The notes: a model not told the origin generated them from the sequence alone. 64,000 bases of DNA from an uncultured Lentimicrobiaceae bacterium (GCA_964583325.1 CAZOXJ010000001.1:28054-92053), one strand, 5' to 3'; positions 1 through 10,059 are shown, numbered from the stretch's first letter. A program made the numbers and translations.

Positions 1-563
1 TGATAATAAAGCATCGACATCCTGCATCTTTGTTTAAAATTAGAGGCTGCAACAATTTGAAGATACTCCTTTAAAGGAAGAACTTTACTTTTACTGTTAC
101 CATGGCCATCAACAATTGTTAGTGAAAATAAAGGAGGAAGATTATGTTTTATTTGTTCCTGGCTAATACTTATCTTCATAGTATACAAGTTGGCATCATA
201 TTCAGGAAAAACAGCTTTTACAGCTTCATCGCGACGCATATAACAGCCAAATCCGGTAAGTGCCGGTGTAATGTTTTCCTCAATCGTTTTAATGCCAAAC
301 TTCTCCGCAAGCAAAACAGCTAGGTCTTTACTTTCGTTGCTCGAATCCTTTTCGGGTAACATTACCCCTATTACTCTTTCGGGTCCAAATGCTTTAACCG
401 CAAGTCCAAGAGTTACAGATGAATCTATACCACCACTTATACCGATAATTGCACCTTTACGTTTGAGCGAATGTTGTAAATCATAGTTAAGTTTTGATGT
501 GATTTTTTCGATCACAAGTTCTATATTTTCAATAAAAAGGACATTACTTGTAAATTGTTTCAT
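1..563 (-). CDS. nadE: NAD+ synthetase-like PP-loop ATPase, N-terminal 187 codons (gene continues past window start)
   Basis: Absent from the ORF track because it runs off the edge. Reverse-strand translation from ATG at 561-563 gives MKQFTSNVLFIENIELVIEKITSKLNYDLQHSLKRKGAIIGISGGIDSSVTLGLAVKAFGPERVIGVMLPEKDSSNESKDLA...SNFKQRCRMSMLYY, with no stop before position 1. The SGGIDSS PP-loop and the N-x-K-Q-R-x-RM block are NadE-type hallmarks. Confidence 0.75.
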   Translation of the reverse strand, partial: MKQFTSNVLFIENIELVIEKITSKLNYDLQHSLKRKGAIIGISGGIDSSVTLGLAVKAFGPERVIGVMLPEKDSSNESKDLAVLLAEKFGIKTIEENITPALTGFGCYMRRDEAVKAVFPEYDANLYTMKISISQEQIKHNLPPLFSLTIVDGHGNSKSKVLPLKEYLQIVAASNFKQRCRMSMLYY

Positions 564-709
564 AAAGGAAAATTGTTTGAAAATGTTTAGTATTTAAAGT
601 CGGGTTATTATTTCAAATGAATTGTAGTTGTTTGAATTATTCTCTGAAATTCTAAAATTATGACCTGGAATAATTAAGCTAATAAATTAAAAATCTATCA
701 AAGTCAGAG

Positions 710-1840
710 TCAGAAGGAATTCAGAACCTTTTTTAATACTTCTATCTGGTAATGAGGGTTGTATTTCTCATCAATCACTTTATATGTTGAAATTCTGACA
801 TTTTCTCTTCTTTGGTCATTTAAATGTATCCAGCAAGTTATTTTATCAGCCAAATCCCATGCATTATCCTCTTCAAAAAAATCTCCGTTCACACCCGGCT
901 CAATAACTTCAAATTCGGGCATTTGGGTTTCAAAATTATTATTGGTAATCACAGGAGTTCCGTATGTAAAACAATGCATTGCGGTTAAACCAACATTTCC
1001 CGGAGATATACAAACATCAGCATTATAAATAAGTTCGCTGGTTGTTTCTTCAATGTATGATGGCCCATATAGCCAAACATTCGATTCGAGACCTGAATCT
1101 AAAATCTTCCTGGTAAAACTTAAATTATCAGCATTATCGCCAATAATTGCAAGATTGCAATAGATTCCTTTTTGCTTAAGAATAATCATTGCCATTAAAA
1201 TAAGGTCGATCTTTTTAACTTTTTGTATCCGGCCGATATAAACCAACACTGGAAGCTCATTTTGAAAATGGTTTGAATAAATTGCTGTTTTGTGCAATCC
1301 TTGCCTTATGGGTAGCTGTTTATCATAATCCAATGAGTTATAAATGGGATACATTTTTTGGGGATTGAACCCTTTTTGAATCATAATCTTACACGAATAG
1401 TCGCCATACATAAGAAATATGTGCGACAGATGGTATAATGGATATATCCTCAATTTACTTCTCCAATGCAGTTCTTCCATTGATTTAAGACCATGCATCC
1501 AAATAAAAACTTTTTTATTTAATATCCTCGCAAATAGTGCAATAAACCAACTTGATAAGAAATTAGTATCACCGTCAATGATGAAGAATTTATATCTTTT
1601 AAAAATAAGGTGGGCTACCCCTTTTTGCCATTTATACTTTTTGTTTAAAATAAATATGTTCTTTACCGTTTTTTTATACCCGGAAAGCTCATCAACATTC
1701 ATTAATTTTATTGGAGTCCCAACCTGATCGCCAAAATAAAAATCGCAATTGAGCTCAGAATCCATTAGTTTATAGATAGCCGATCTGTAATGAGGCGCCA
1801 GATTGAAAACACAACATATTTTATTCTTTTCCTTAATCAT
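710..1840 (-). CDS. glycosyltransferase, GT-B fold (GT4-like)
   Basis: 376 aa. The C-terminal half has the GT4 pattern (VYIGRIQKVKKIDLIL, ISPGNVGLTAMHCFTYGTPVITNN, EVIEPGVNGDFFEE). It is the last gene of the glycan locus. Confidence 0.8.
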   Translation of the reverse strand: MIKEKNKICCVFNLAPHYRSAIYKLMDSELNCDFYFGDQVGTPIKLMNVDELSGYKKTVKNIFILNKKYKWQKGVAHLIFKRYKFFIIDGDTNFLSSWFIALFARILNKKVFIWMHGLKSMEELHWRSKLRIYPLYHLSHIFLMYGDYSCKIMIQKGFNPQKMYPIYNSLDYDKQLPIRQGLHKTAIYSNHFQNELPVLVYIGRIQKVKKIDLILMAMIILKQKGIYCNLAIIGDNADNLSFTRKILDSGLESNVWLYGPSYIEETTSELIYNADVCISPGNVGLTAMHCFTYGTPVITNNNFETQMPEFEVIEPGVNGDFFEEDNAWDLADKITCWIHLNDQRRENVRISTYKVIDEKYNPHYQIEVLKKVLNSF

Positions 1841-1854
1841 TTGTCAAATTTCCT

Positions 1855-3210
1855 TTACAACAGAGATTCATCAATTTTCTGAATCAGGAATTTACGTTTC
1901 CCTCTTTGGGTTAACGGGATATCATCAACATACTGAAGTTCAGGCTTTACTCCTATGGATTCAAATAAACTCACTATCTCCTTTTCATGAAAATCGGAAA
2001 ATCCAATATCCTTTACTATTCTTATTTCAATAAAACCGGGAATGTCCTGCTCTATTTGCCAGCGTATTATTCTTTCGAAAGATTTAAGATGGCCACCAAA
2101 TACTAATCCTATGAGATAGACTTTCTTATTGTCCGAATTATAGATAAAATCAACTGTACGGCCCTGAAGCGACTTTAGTTTAACTACCCCGTTAATTGTA
2201 CCGCCATAAATGGCTGTATCACCTGTTCTATAGCGAATAAACGGCATAACTTTATTTGAGTAGCCGGTTACAACAATTTCGCCAGATTCGCCTTCTTTCA
2301 CATGATTGCCATTCTCATCCAGTATTTCGGTAAATCCATAAAGCGGAGAGCAGATATATTCAAGACTATTGGCGAGTGTAAACGCAAAAACAGATACTTC
2401 GGAATGCCCATATTGCCCATAAATGGGACAGTTAAATGCCTTTCTCAATATTTCTGCGTTAGAATTATCAAAGTATTCACTTGTCAAATAAATTCCCTTT
2501 ACTACAAATTGAAGTTTGACATTATTAGCTATAAGATACTTTGCGATTTTTTCAAGTCCTGATGGATATCCTCTTATAAGGGATGGTTTAATTTCATTCA
2601 AGTGTTCTATATAACGACTTAAATTTGTATCAGTCATGTATAAAGTTGAATAGTGAACTGAACCATAAGGAAAATTTTCAGAACCCGTATTCCATAAAGT
2701 ATCTGTATTTCTTAGCCCGTCAGAAACCCGTGATCCATCAACTGCAACTATAACATCTTTGGAATTGCCTCCCATAAGGATATATAAACATTTTTGATGA
2801 ACAAATTCGAAATTAGTTGTTACAGGAAATTTTAGCGGCTCACCCGTTGATCCCCCTGTATTCATCCAGTATCCGAAAACACGGTCAAAATCACCCGAAT
2901 ACATTGCTTGCCCTTGTGTCCGAATAATCTCTTTGGTTAACAACGGTAATTCCTTTAGATTGGAAAACACCATCTTTTTATCCGGATGGATATCCGTCAT
3001 TACTTCCCGGTAATAGGGAACATTTTCTTTTGCATATGAAATAATATTGAACAGTAATTTGGAAACATGATCTTCAAAATTATTAACTTCAATATTGATA
3101 AGCGAATCAGCTAATTTACGTGCCTCTGTTTTGATCCTATAATTAACAAATGCTTTTTCAAGCAGGTTTCTGGTGTTATTAAATGAAAGTTTGATCACTG
3201 TTAAAAGCAA
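1855..3210 (-). CDS. CapK / PaaK / F390-synthetase-like adenylate-forming ligase
   Basis: 451 aa with adenylation motifs NTGGSTGEPLKF and IRYRTGD. The TTG start (3208-3210) directly abuts the stop of the upstream gene (3211-3213); GTG at 3196-3198 is an alternative start. Confidence 0.75.
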   Translation of the reverse strand: MLLTVIKLSFNNTRNLLEKAFVNYRIKTEARKLADSLINIEVNNFEDHVSKLLFNIISYAKENVPYYREVMTDIHPDKKMVFSNLKELPLLTKEIIRTQGQAMYSGDFDRVFGYWMNTGGSTGEPLKFPVTTNFEFVHQKCLYILMGGNSKDVIVAVDGSRVSDGLRNTDTLWNTGSENFPYGSVHYSTLYMTDTNLSRYIEHLNEIKPSLIRGYPSGLEKIAKYLIANNVKLQFVVKGIYLTSEYFDNSNAEILRKAFNCPIYGQYGHSEVSVFAFTLANSLEYICSPLYGFTEILDENGNHVKEGESGEIVVTGYSNKVMPFIRYRTGDTAIYGGTINGVVKLKSLQGRTVDFIYNSDNKKVYLIGLVFGGHLKSFERIIRWQIEQDIPGFIEIRIVKDIGFSDFHEKEIVSLFESIGVKPELQYVDDIPLTQRGKRKFLIQKIDESLL

Positions 3211-4245
3211 TTATACTGTGAAAGCATTAATTTTCTGACTCAAGCGTTTTCCCCTGTTCAGTAAACCATGCTTTTGAGCGTAAAAAAGTGAAGAAGGCGT
3301 ATAGTTTAACCGGTTGTATTCAGCATACTGTTTAACATTTCCGGTTTGAGCCATAAATCTGTTCAATTTAACCAGGCCGGTTTCAGGAAAATGTGTTGGA
3401 TTAATATCGTTGTAAGTCGTAAATGCAAACCGAAAACCGAGTGCACTGGCTATGTTTAGTACATTTTCGTTAAAATTACCATTTGGGAAAGCCGTTGTAT
3501 CAGGTTTAAAGCCTAAGATGTGTTCTAAATTATTGTTACAGTCAATAAACTCTTTTTCAATTTCTTCACTGGTATAATTTGTCAGAATGGCATGATTATG
3601 AGTATGATTTCCTATTGAAACCATGGGATTTGTTGCCATTTCTTTTAGTTCATGCGGGGTTAAGGGACGATCAATTTCAGACCATGGAACAGTTGAATCC
3701 AATCCAAAATGCTTATGAATGTAGGAATCTATATAATCGGATTTGTAACTTTTCAGGGCAGACTGTTCTTTACTGATCATCTCTTTGCTAACCCCTTGTC
3801 TGGTACGGTATTTATATATAATATCCCACCAATAAGATTTATTCTCTGTCACATTTCTGGTGGTAATAAAAAATGAGGCTGGAACCTTGTATTTATCCAG
3901 AATGGGCAGAGCAAGGGAATTATTAAAGTAACCATCATCAAACGTAAGCATTATCAATGGTTTATCGTTACTATCAGTTTGATTTATGTCACTAGTGCCG
4001 ACAAAACGATAATTGCTCTCGAGGAAATACTCTATAAAATCTTGAAACTGGGATAATGTCAGATTATTTTGCGGATCAGAATGATCAAGTTTTTTTTGAG
4101 ATTCCGATTCATACAATCCATGGAAGTAATAGATAAGCAGCTGCTGACTTTCATTCTTATATTTTAAGAATAAAGGGTGAACCATTGGTCCAACTTTTGT
4201 AATCATATTTATAATATTACGATCCAAAAAGCTACTTAAAGACAT
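3211..4245 (-). CDS. polysaccharide deacetylase (NodB homology domain)
   Basis: 344 aa with NodB motifs MLTFDDGYFNN (TFDD) and GNHTHNH (H-x-x-x-H). Confidence 0.8.
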   Translation of the reverse strand: MSLSSFLDRNIINMITKVGPMVHPLFLKYKNESQQLLIYYFHGLYESESQKKLDHSDPQNNLTLSQFQDFIEYFLESNYRFVGTSDINQTDSNDKPLIMLTFDDGYFNNSLALPILDKYKVPASFFITTRNVTENKSYWWDIIYKYRTRQGVSKEMISKEQSALKSYKSDYIDSYIHKHFGLDSTVPWSEIDRPLTPHELKEMATNPMVSIGNHTHNHAILTNYTSEEIEKEFIDCNNNLEHILGFKPDTTAFPNGNFNENVLNIASALGFRFAFTTYNDINPTHFPETGLVKLNRFMAQTGNVKQYAEYNRLNYTPSSLFYAQKHGLLNRGKRLSQKINAFTV

Positions 4246-4379
4246 TATGTTTTTGTTTACGGTTTATATTAACTAATAGGCCTAAGCCGGACTTTTTGTG
4301 ATTAATCTGTTTTGATTAATTCACTTGATGTAATTCCTTTACAAAAAAAAATAACAATATAAAACTATAAATCAATTTG

Positions 4380-5105
4380 TTATCCTTGGTTTGAGCTACT
4401 AAATTTCTCTTTAATAACATAGAAAAGAAATTTAGGATTTCCAACCAGATATCTATGCCACATCCTTCGAGGCTCTTTAATTAATCGAAAAAACCATTCC
4501 AACCCTAAGTCAATAAAACTTTGTGGTGCACGTTTAACACGCATTGAATAAAAATCAAAGACAGCTCCAATGCAGCAAACATGGCCTACCTCAAGCTTCT
4601 CAAAATGCTCGTATGCCCATTTTTCCTGTTTTGGAGCAGTCATACCTATGAATAGGACATCAGGTTTACATTTATTTATTTCATCAATCATTTCTTTATT
4701 TTCTTCTTCCGAAAAAGCAGGTTTGAAATTTGGGGAAAAAGCAAATACATTAACGTTTGGGTATTCATATTTTGCTCTTTCTTTTATAATTTGCAAACTG
4801 GCATCATCACTACCTAAAAAAAAGCATTTCCCTCCCTGGCGGTTTAGTTTATTCATTTCATAAAAGAACAAATCAGCACCCGCTATTTTCTTCAAGGATT
4901 TTCCTTTAATTAATTTTGCAGCAAATACAATCCCGACTCCGTCAGGAAGCAAAATATCAGAGTTTAAAATTGCTTCAGAAAACAAAGAATCACCCTGAGC
5001 AGTATTATACGAATGAGCATTAATTGTATTGATCAACAACTTAACATCAGGAATTTCTTCTAATGATTTGTCAAATAATATCAGGCTGGAAATTGAAAAA
5101 CTCAT
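4380..5105 (-). CDS. WecB/TagA/CpsF family glycosyltransferase (GT26)
   Basis: 241 aa with family motifs LLPDGVGIV, FFLGS and IGMTAPKQEKW. Confidence 0.85.
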   Translation of the reverse strand: MSFSISSLILFDKSLEEIPDVKLLINTINAHSYNTAQGDSLFSEAILNSDILLPDGVGIVFAAKLIKGKSLKKIAGADLFFYEMNKLNRQGGKCFFLGSDDASLQIIKERAKYEYPNVNVFAFSPNFKPAFSEEENKEMIDEINKCKPDVLFIGMTAPKQEKWAYEHFEKLEVGHVCCIGAVFDFYSMRVKRAPQSFIDLGLEWFFRLIKEPRRMWHRYLVGNPKFLFYVIKEKFSSSNQG

Positions 5106-5276
5106 TACGCTAAAAGATATTTATATGGCACTTTAATTCAGGGCATTATTCGTGTAAATCATTAAAAGGTTCTATTTTACAATGAACCTGATTCAATATA
5201 TTTAAACGTTAAAGACTAATTTTATTCTTATTAAAAGAATCAACACCGGGCTTAAGCTGAAAAGATGAATTATGCT

Positions 5277-6458
5277 TCAATCTTTCAGTTCCCAATTTAA
5301 TAACATGTCAGCTTTTAATTTATCAACCGAATAAGCTAAAACATTTTCATTATTAACCGGCTTCAACATTCCTGAAGCACTAATCATGCCTTTTGTAAAT
5401 TGGTCAATGTCGTGCTCATCAATAACACATCCATTTATTCCATCGCGAACTATTTCTTTTGCTGCACTGAAATTTGTAACACAAGCAGGTGTCCCACAGG
5501 CAATGGCTTCAATTAGTGCTGTTGACCATCCCTCTTTATATGACCCCATAATAAACAGGTCGGCAGCATTTAAATAATTTGCAACACCGTATTGATTTTG
5601 TTTGCCTGCAAGGATTACTTTACCTTCTAATCCCAATTTCTTAATATATTCAATTATGTTCTCTTTGTCTTCGCCTTCTCCAATAAAATAAAATACACTA
5701 CCAGGTTTTAGATTTTCATACTTGTAAAAACAATCGATCATAAATTTCCACCCCTTTAACCAGCCTAACCGCCCAGAGGTTACAACAATTGAAGTTGCCG
5801 GAGTGAGGTTCAATGTGCGTCGGGCAACATCTTTATCAATTGGTTTATATACTGCAGTGTTAATTCTTGATGGGAACTGAACAACTTCCTTCCGGTTGAT
5901 AATTCCTTTACTTCTTGTGATCATTCCTTGTATAGCAGTTTCATCGCCGGAAGCTAAAATCTGATCAGCATTTTTTAAATGTCGGAAAAAAACTTTTTCG
6001 AAAGTTTCAGCTATAAATTTCGCATACCAATATTTCGAAATGGAAAGTGGGTTTTCAAGGCCGGCAAAACAGTAACAAACACTGTTATACCCATAATCTT
6101 TTATTCCTATCAGAATTTCTGGTCGTTGTATAAAGATATTACTGACAGGCAATTCCAATATTTGTTTTCGGTAATACTTTGTATAATAATAACTGGCCAG
6201 GCGGTCAGGAATCAGATGTTTCGTAATTGATTTTGAATAAAATGCATATGCAAAAAAATCATAAACTATTCCATTGATTGACTTTTTAAACCAACTTCCT
6301 ATGGGATCTTCCCTATCTGTTGTTATTCCAACTAATGCTAAGCTATCTCCAAAAGAGATCATCATATTCTGTGCAAATGTCAGGTAGCCACCTATAGGGT
6401 AATCCTCGTAGTTGCAATAGTCAATTATTATTATTCGCTTTGATTTATCCATTTGCAA
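5277..6458 (-). CDS. glycosyltransferase family 4
   Basis: 393 aa with FYFIGEGEDKENI and GSYKEGWSTALIEAIACGTPACVTN...IVRDGINGCVI (EX7E-type C-terminal region). Confidence 0.85.
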   Translation of the reverse strand: MQMDKSKRIIIIDYCNYEDYPIGGYLTFAQNMMISFGDSLALVGITTDREDPIGSWFKKSINGIVYDFFAYAFYSKSITKHLIPDRLASYYYTKYYRKQILELPVSNIFIQRPEILIGIKDYGYNSVCYCFAGLENPLSISKYWYAKFIAETFEKVFFRHLKNADQILASGDETAIQGMITRSKGIINRKEVVQFPSRINTAVYKPIDKDVARRTLNLTPATSIVVTSGRLGWLKGWKFMIDCFYKYENLKPGSVFYFIGEGEDKENIIEYIKKLGLEGKVILAGKQNQYGVANYLNAADLFIMGSYKEGWSTALIEAIACGTPACVTNFSAAKEIVRDGINGCVIDEHDIDQFTKGMISASGMLKPVNNENVLAYSVDKLKADMLLNWELKD

Positions 6459-6540
6459 ATTGTAAATATCGTATTACAAGTTCAACTTATGAAAATGCAC
6501 CAATTCTTATTATTAATTCAAAAACATTTTCCGTACTTCA

Positions 6541-7632
6541 TTACTCCGATATAATACTTTGATAAAGAGCAATATATCTTAGTTTCATTTTTTCTATTGA
6601 AAAACTTTCTTCTATACGTTTTTTCCCTTCAGATCCCATTTCTATTCGCATAGATTCGTTGTTAAGCAATAATTGAATTTTATCTGAAAGATCTTTAGGA
6701 TCAGATTCTTTAACCAGGTATCCCGTTTTTCCGGGTTCAACAATTTCATTGGTACCTCCGCCATCAGTAGCAATAACAGGTTTTCCCATTGCCATGTACT
6801 CAAGAATGGAATTAGAAATCCCTTCAGTAAAAGTTGAGAGAACACAAACATCCATAATATTTATAAGCGACTCAACGTCAGACTTTTTACCCAGAAGCCT
6901 TATATAAGGGCTGATATCATAATCAATAAGTCGCCTGGCCGGGAAAGATTCAGTTTTATTTCCGATTGCCAGAAAGGTAACGTCCTTTCTGTGACTTAGA
7001 ACAATTTGTGCTGCTTCAAAATATGTTTTATAATCCTTGTAATCAGAAAAGGAGGCAACCATTCCTACAACGAATTTAGTTTTCACTTTTATTTCATCCA
7101 GTATCAAATTCCTATCGATTATTTTTTCAATTCGATTGAAATTGAATCCATTATGAATAACATGACTTTTAATATCGGAAGCTCCATACGCATTAATTCC
7201 GGCTTTTGAGTTTCCTACAATATAATCAGAAAAAGGAAAAACAAGTTTAGCTCTGATCCAGTGCTTATTAAATATCTTCTGCTTTTGAGGCGAGTCTATT
7301 ACCATTCCGTTAATTAATGGTATTGACAACAATTTACATACCGGCACACTATAAATAGCTGTCATGCTTTCCCAGCAATGCAATATATCAGGCCGAAAAG
7401 ATTTACAAAGTTTATATAACTGGCTGAAAACAGTAACATCTTTCTTCCTTTTCCTTAACAAGTAATGTATTGGGATGCCAAGTTTATGAACCTCTTCATA
7501 ATGTATGTTGTGGCTCATAACAACAAGATTAAATTCAATCTCATGATGGTTATTTAGTGCCTTCATAAGTTCGACCAATCTTCGTTCTTTTCCACCGGAA
7601 CCGAGACTATCAATAAAAAACAGGATCTTCAT
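6541..7632 (-). CDS. glycosyltransferase family 4
   Basis: 363 aa with MKILFFIDSLGSGGKER at the N-terminus and STFTEGISNSILEYMAMGKPVIATDGGGTNEIVEPGKTGYLV. Confidence 0.88.
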   Translation of the reverse strand: MKILFFIDSLGSGGKERRLVELMKALNNHHEIEFNLVVMSHNIHYEEVHKLGIPIHYLLRKRKKDVTVFSQLYKLCKSFRPDILHCWESMTAIYSVPVCKLLSIPLINGMVIDSPQKQKIFNKHWIRAKLVFPFSDYIVGNSKAGINAYGASDIKSHVIHNGFNFNRIEKIIDRNLILDEIKVKTKFVVGMVASFSDYKDYKTYFEAAQIVLSHRKDVTFLAIGNKTESFPARRLIDYDISPYIRLLGKKSDVESLINIMDVCVLSTFTEGISNSILEYMAMGKPVIATDGGGTNEIVEPGKTGYLVKESDPKDLSDKIQLLLNNESMRIEMGSEGKKRIEESFSIEKMKLRYIALYQSIISE

Positions 7633-7774
7633 TATTTACCTGGTTAAGTTTAAAATCCTGAAACTTTTACAAAAGGAAATATTTGCTGTAGCCAAAACTT
7701 CATCCTATTATACTCTGACATGTTCCTGATAGATTTATACCATTAATTAATAGCGTTACGCGAATTAACATGTT

Positions 7775-7808
7775 GTTATGTTGTAAAAACTAGTTTTTAC
7801 AACATAAC
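7775..7808. repeat. perfect 34-bp palindrome GTTATGTTGTAAAAACT|AGTTTTTACAACATAAC
   Basis: All 17 pairs (7775/7808 ... 7791/7792) checked base by base. It is flanked by a second inverted pair, TTACGCG (7756-7762) / CGCGTAA (7818-7824). It lies in the only large gap (263 bp) in the middle of the glycan locus. No U-run follows on either strand. Confidence 0.9.
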
Positions 7809-7895
7809 CGACCTATGCGCGTAATTTCTCTGATTTAATAATTTTGATTGTTAAAAGTAATTTCAAAAATTAGTTTCACAGATAACAAAACACGC

Positions 7896-8930
7896 TCAAC
7901 TCATGGAATTAATAAAATCCTCAATAATAAAACGTTGAGGATCAACATTATCAGCGTGAAAATATAGGCTTTTATCCCAGTATCCCGGGCAATTATCGTA
8001 AACTGCTCCCATTGAGAATCCATAACTCATTTCGACCAGTAGCGGACTACCTGATTTATCATAAACAAAATCCAGTGCAAGTGATTGTGACTTGATTTTG
8101 TCAGCAACATCAAATGCTATTTGAATACTTTTTAAATTAAACAGGTTTGGGTCATATTTAATTATTCCGCTACCAGAAGCCCTAAAATCATTTACCCGGT
8201 TATATCTTCTCAGGGCTATTGCTCTGTTACCTATTATAACAATTCTATCATCAAAACTATTTTCAGGAATAAAATCCTGAAAATAAGCATATCCTTTCTG
8301 CCGTGGAAGTAAACCTATTTTTTCTTTAGCAACAAACAATCTATATAATCCTCTGATTAGATGCAATATAGCTTTTGGGCTTTGATCGCGGCGCAATTCC
8401 CAAACACGTTGTTTAAAATCGGAATACTGGCTAATCATCGGGAATCCGGTTCCAAATGCCCGATTCAATAATTTAATTGCCCTATACCTGTTTTTAACAA
8501 GTTGTACATTGGATGCACCAGCGCCACCCCGTAATTTAAAAACTTTAGGGAAAGTTGTTTGATCGATCCAAACTCTGGCGTCTTCCTTACTATAAAACAC
8601 ATAAGAGTTAACAAGTGGAGCCTGAATGGTTTCGAACAAATATTTTTGACCTACCTTGTCATCAAAGTGGAAACAGGTATTAAAATCAGGAAAAATTCTG
8701 ATTCCTTTTTTTTCTAACGAAAAAATGAGTTGCCGTGCAAAATTCTGGGCTCGGTAATCTTCGTGAGTCCAATGCCACATAAGGCCATCACAACCTATTA
8801 ATTGCTGAATGATATTTGACTCATAACAATTTACCAATTTGTATGAAACATTATGTTTATCGCAATATGCTATCCATCTGTCACTAAAACTACCAGGCCT
8901 GTTATGAATGGCTATCATCATATTAATCAC
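7896..8930 (-). CDS. ATP-grasp ligase, RimK-like
   Basis: 344 aa with the ordered ATP-grasp blocks FPKVFKLRGGAGASNVQLV, YFQDFIPENSFDDRIVIIGNRAI, RRYNRVNDFRASGSGII and LALDFVYDKSGSPLLVEMSYG. The start lies 2 nt after the upstream CapA-like stop. Confidence 0.65.
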   Translation of the reverse strand: MINMMIAIHNRPGSFSDRWIAYCDKHNVSYKLVNCYESNIIQQLIGCDGLMWHWTHEDYRAQNFARQLIFSLEKKGIRIFPDFNTCFHFDDKVGQKYLFETIQAPLVNSYVFYSKEDARVWIDQTTFPKVFKLRGGAGASNVQLVKNRYRAIKLLNRAFGTGFPMISQYSDFKQRVWELRRDQSPKAILHLIRGLYRLFVAKEKIGLLPRQKGYAYFQDFIPENSFDDRIVIIGNRAIALRRYNRVNDFRASGSGIIKYDPNLFNLKSIQIAFDVADKIKSQSLALDFVYDKSGSPLLVEMSYGFSMGAVYDNCPGYWDKSLYFHADNVDPQRFIIEDFINSMS

Positions 8931-8932
8931 TT

Positions 8933-10057
8933 TTATTTTTTTGCTATTGCATCAATCGAAACATCCAGATGCGATTCACAACGGATAACATTTAAAATAT
9001 GATTGTAATGTTTATCTCCCCGAAAAATCCTTGAGAGCCCAAGTTTCGATAGTAATCTTTGTAATTTATGACTTCGCAGAAGATTGACAGGACTGAAGAT
9101 GTCCAGATAATATTCGCGTCGTGAAGCAACAAATTCATCCCATTTACTTTTCAATAAATGCTCATCAACAATAACTGCGGAGAATTCTTCAATTGATTTA
9201 AATATTTGTTGCTTTTCTGTGTCACCCGAAAAGGATAACCCGAAATCCTTTTTGCTTTGCTTAATTGGATGAATTGAGAAACTTAATTCTTTGCTATCTG
9301 AAATTGAAAGTTGTAGAATTAAGCCCGTGTACCAGTCTTTATACTCTGAATCAAGTGTAAACAGGAAATTACCCAAACTATAGAAAATCGGAACATTATT
9401 AAATATTTCATATCCCGAAATACAATGGGTATGATGACCAATAACAACATCAGCACCATTTTCTGCAAAAAAGCGGTATTGTTTAACCATCCGGGGACTA
9501 GGATAATTGTAATATTCATGCCCTCCATGAACTATAACAATTACAAAATCAACCTGTGGCCGAATTTCTTTTATTTTGCTGTAAACCGCTATTAAATCAA
9601 GAGGATTTGCTCCAGGAATATCATTGGTTGCAATTGACCATTCGTTTTCACAAAAGTTTATAATGCCAATTTTAATGCCATTTTTCTCAAAAATTGCAGG
9701 TTGAGAGGCTTCTTCCAGATTTATGCCTGCGCCTGTGGTTAAAATGTTATTGTCCTTACATAAACTCAGCGTGCTGTTTAAACCACTGGTTCCATAATCC
9801 ATAATATGGTTATTTGCCAGTGCTACAGCATGTGTATTGATTTTTTTTAATAAGGTAAATATCCCCTCATTTGTCCTCAGATGCGGACCGGTTTTCTCGA
9901 TTTTAAGGCTGGCATCATCATCAATTACAGGGCATTCTAAATTTAAGATATTTAAATCGCCCTCTTCGAAAATTGAAACTATTTCCTCCGAAAAGAAATT
10001 ATTATTTAAGAATGGTTCTGTGACACAAAAATCACCACAAATATTTATTTTAATCAT
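8933..10057 (-). CDS. CapA / PGA_cap family metallophosphoesterase-like protein
   Basis: 374 aa with family motifs NICGDF, LNLECP, ALANNHIMDYG, VIVHGGHEY, IGHHTHC and YSLGNF. Confidence 0.8.
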   Translation of the reverse strand: MIKINICGDFCVTEPFLNNNFFSEEIVSIFEEGDLNILNLECPVIDDDASLKIEKTGPHLRTNEGIFTLLKKINTHAVALANNHIMDYGTSGLNSTLSLCKDNNILTTGAGINLEEASQPAIFEKNGIKIGIINFCENEWSIATNDIPGANPLDLIAVYSKIKEIRPQVDFVIVIVHGGHEYYNYPSPRMVKQYRFFAENGADVVIGHHTHCISGYEIFNNVPIFYSLGNFLFTLDSEYKDWYTGLILQLSISDSKELSFSIHPIKQSKKDFGLSFSGDTEKQQIFKSIEEFSAVIVDEHLLKSKWDEFVASRREYYLDIFSPVNLLRSHKLQRLLSKLGLSRIFRGDKHYNHILNVIRCESHLDVSIDAIAKK

Positions 10058-10059
10058 AT

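Noticed and set aside
8933-10057. Classical poly-gamma-glutamate (CapBCA/PgsBCA) operon
   Set aside because: Only the CapA-like member is present. There is no CapB Mur-ligase-type or CapC membrane component in the window, so the canonical system cannot be claimed.
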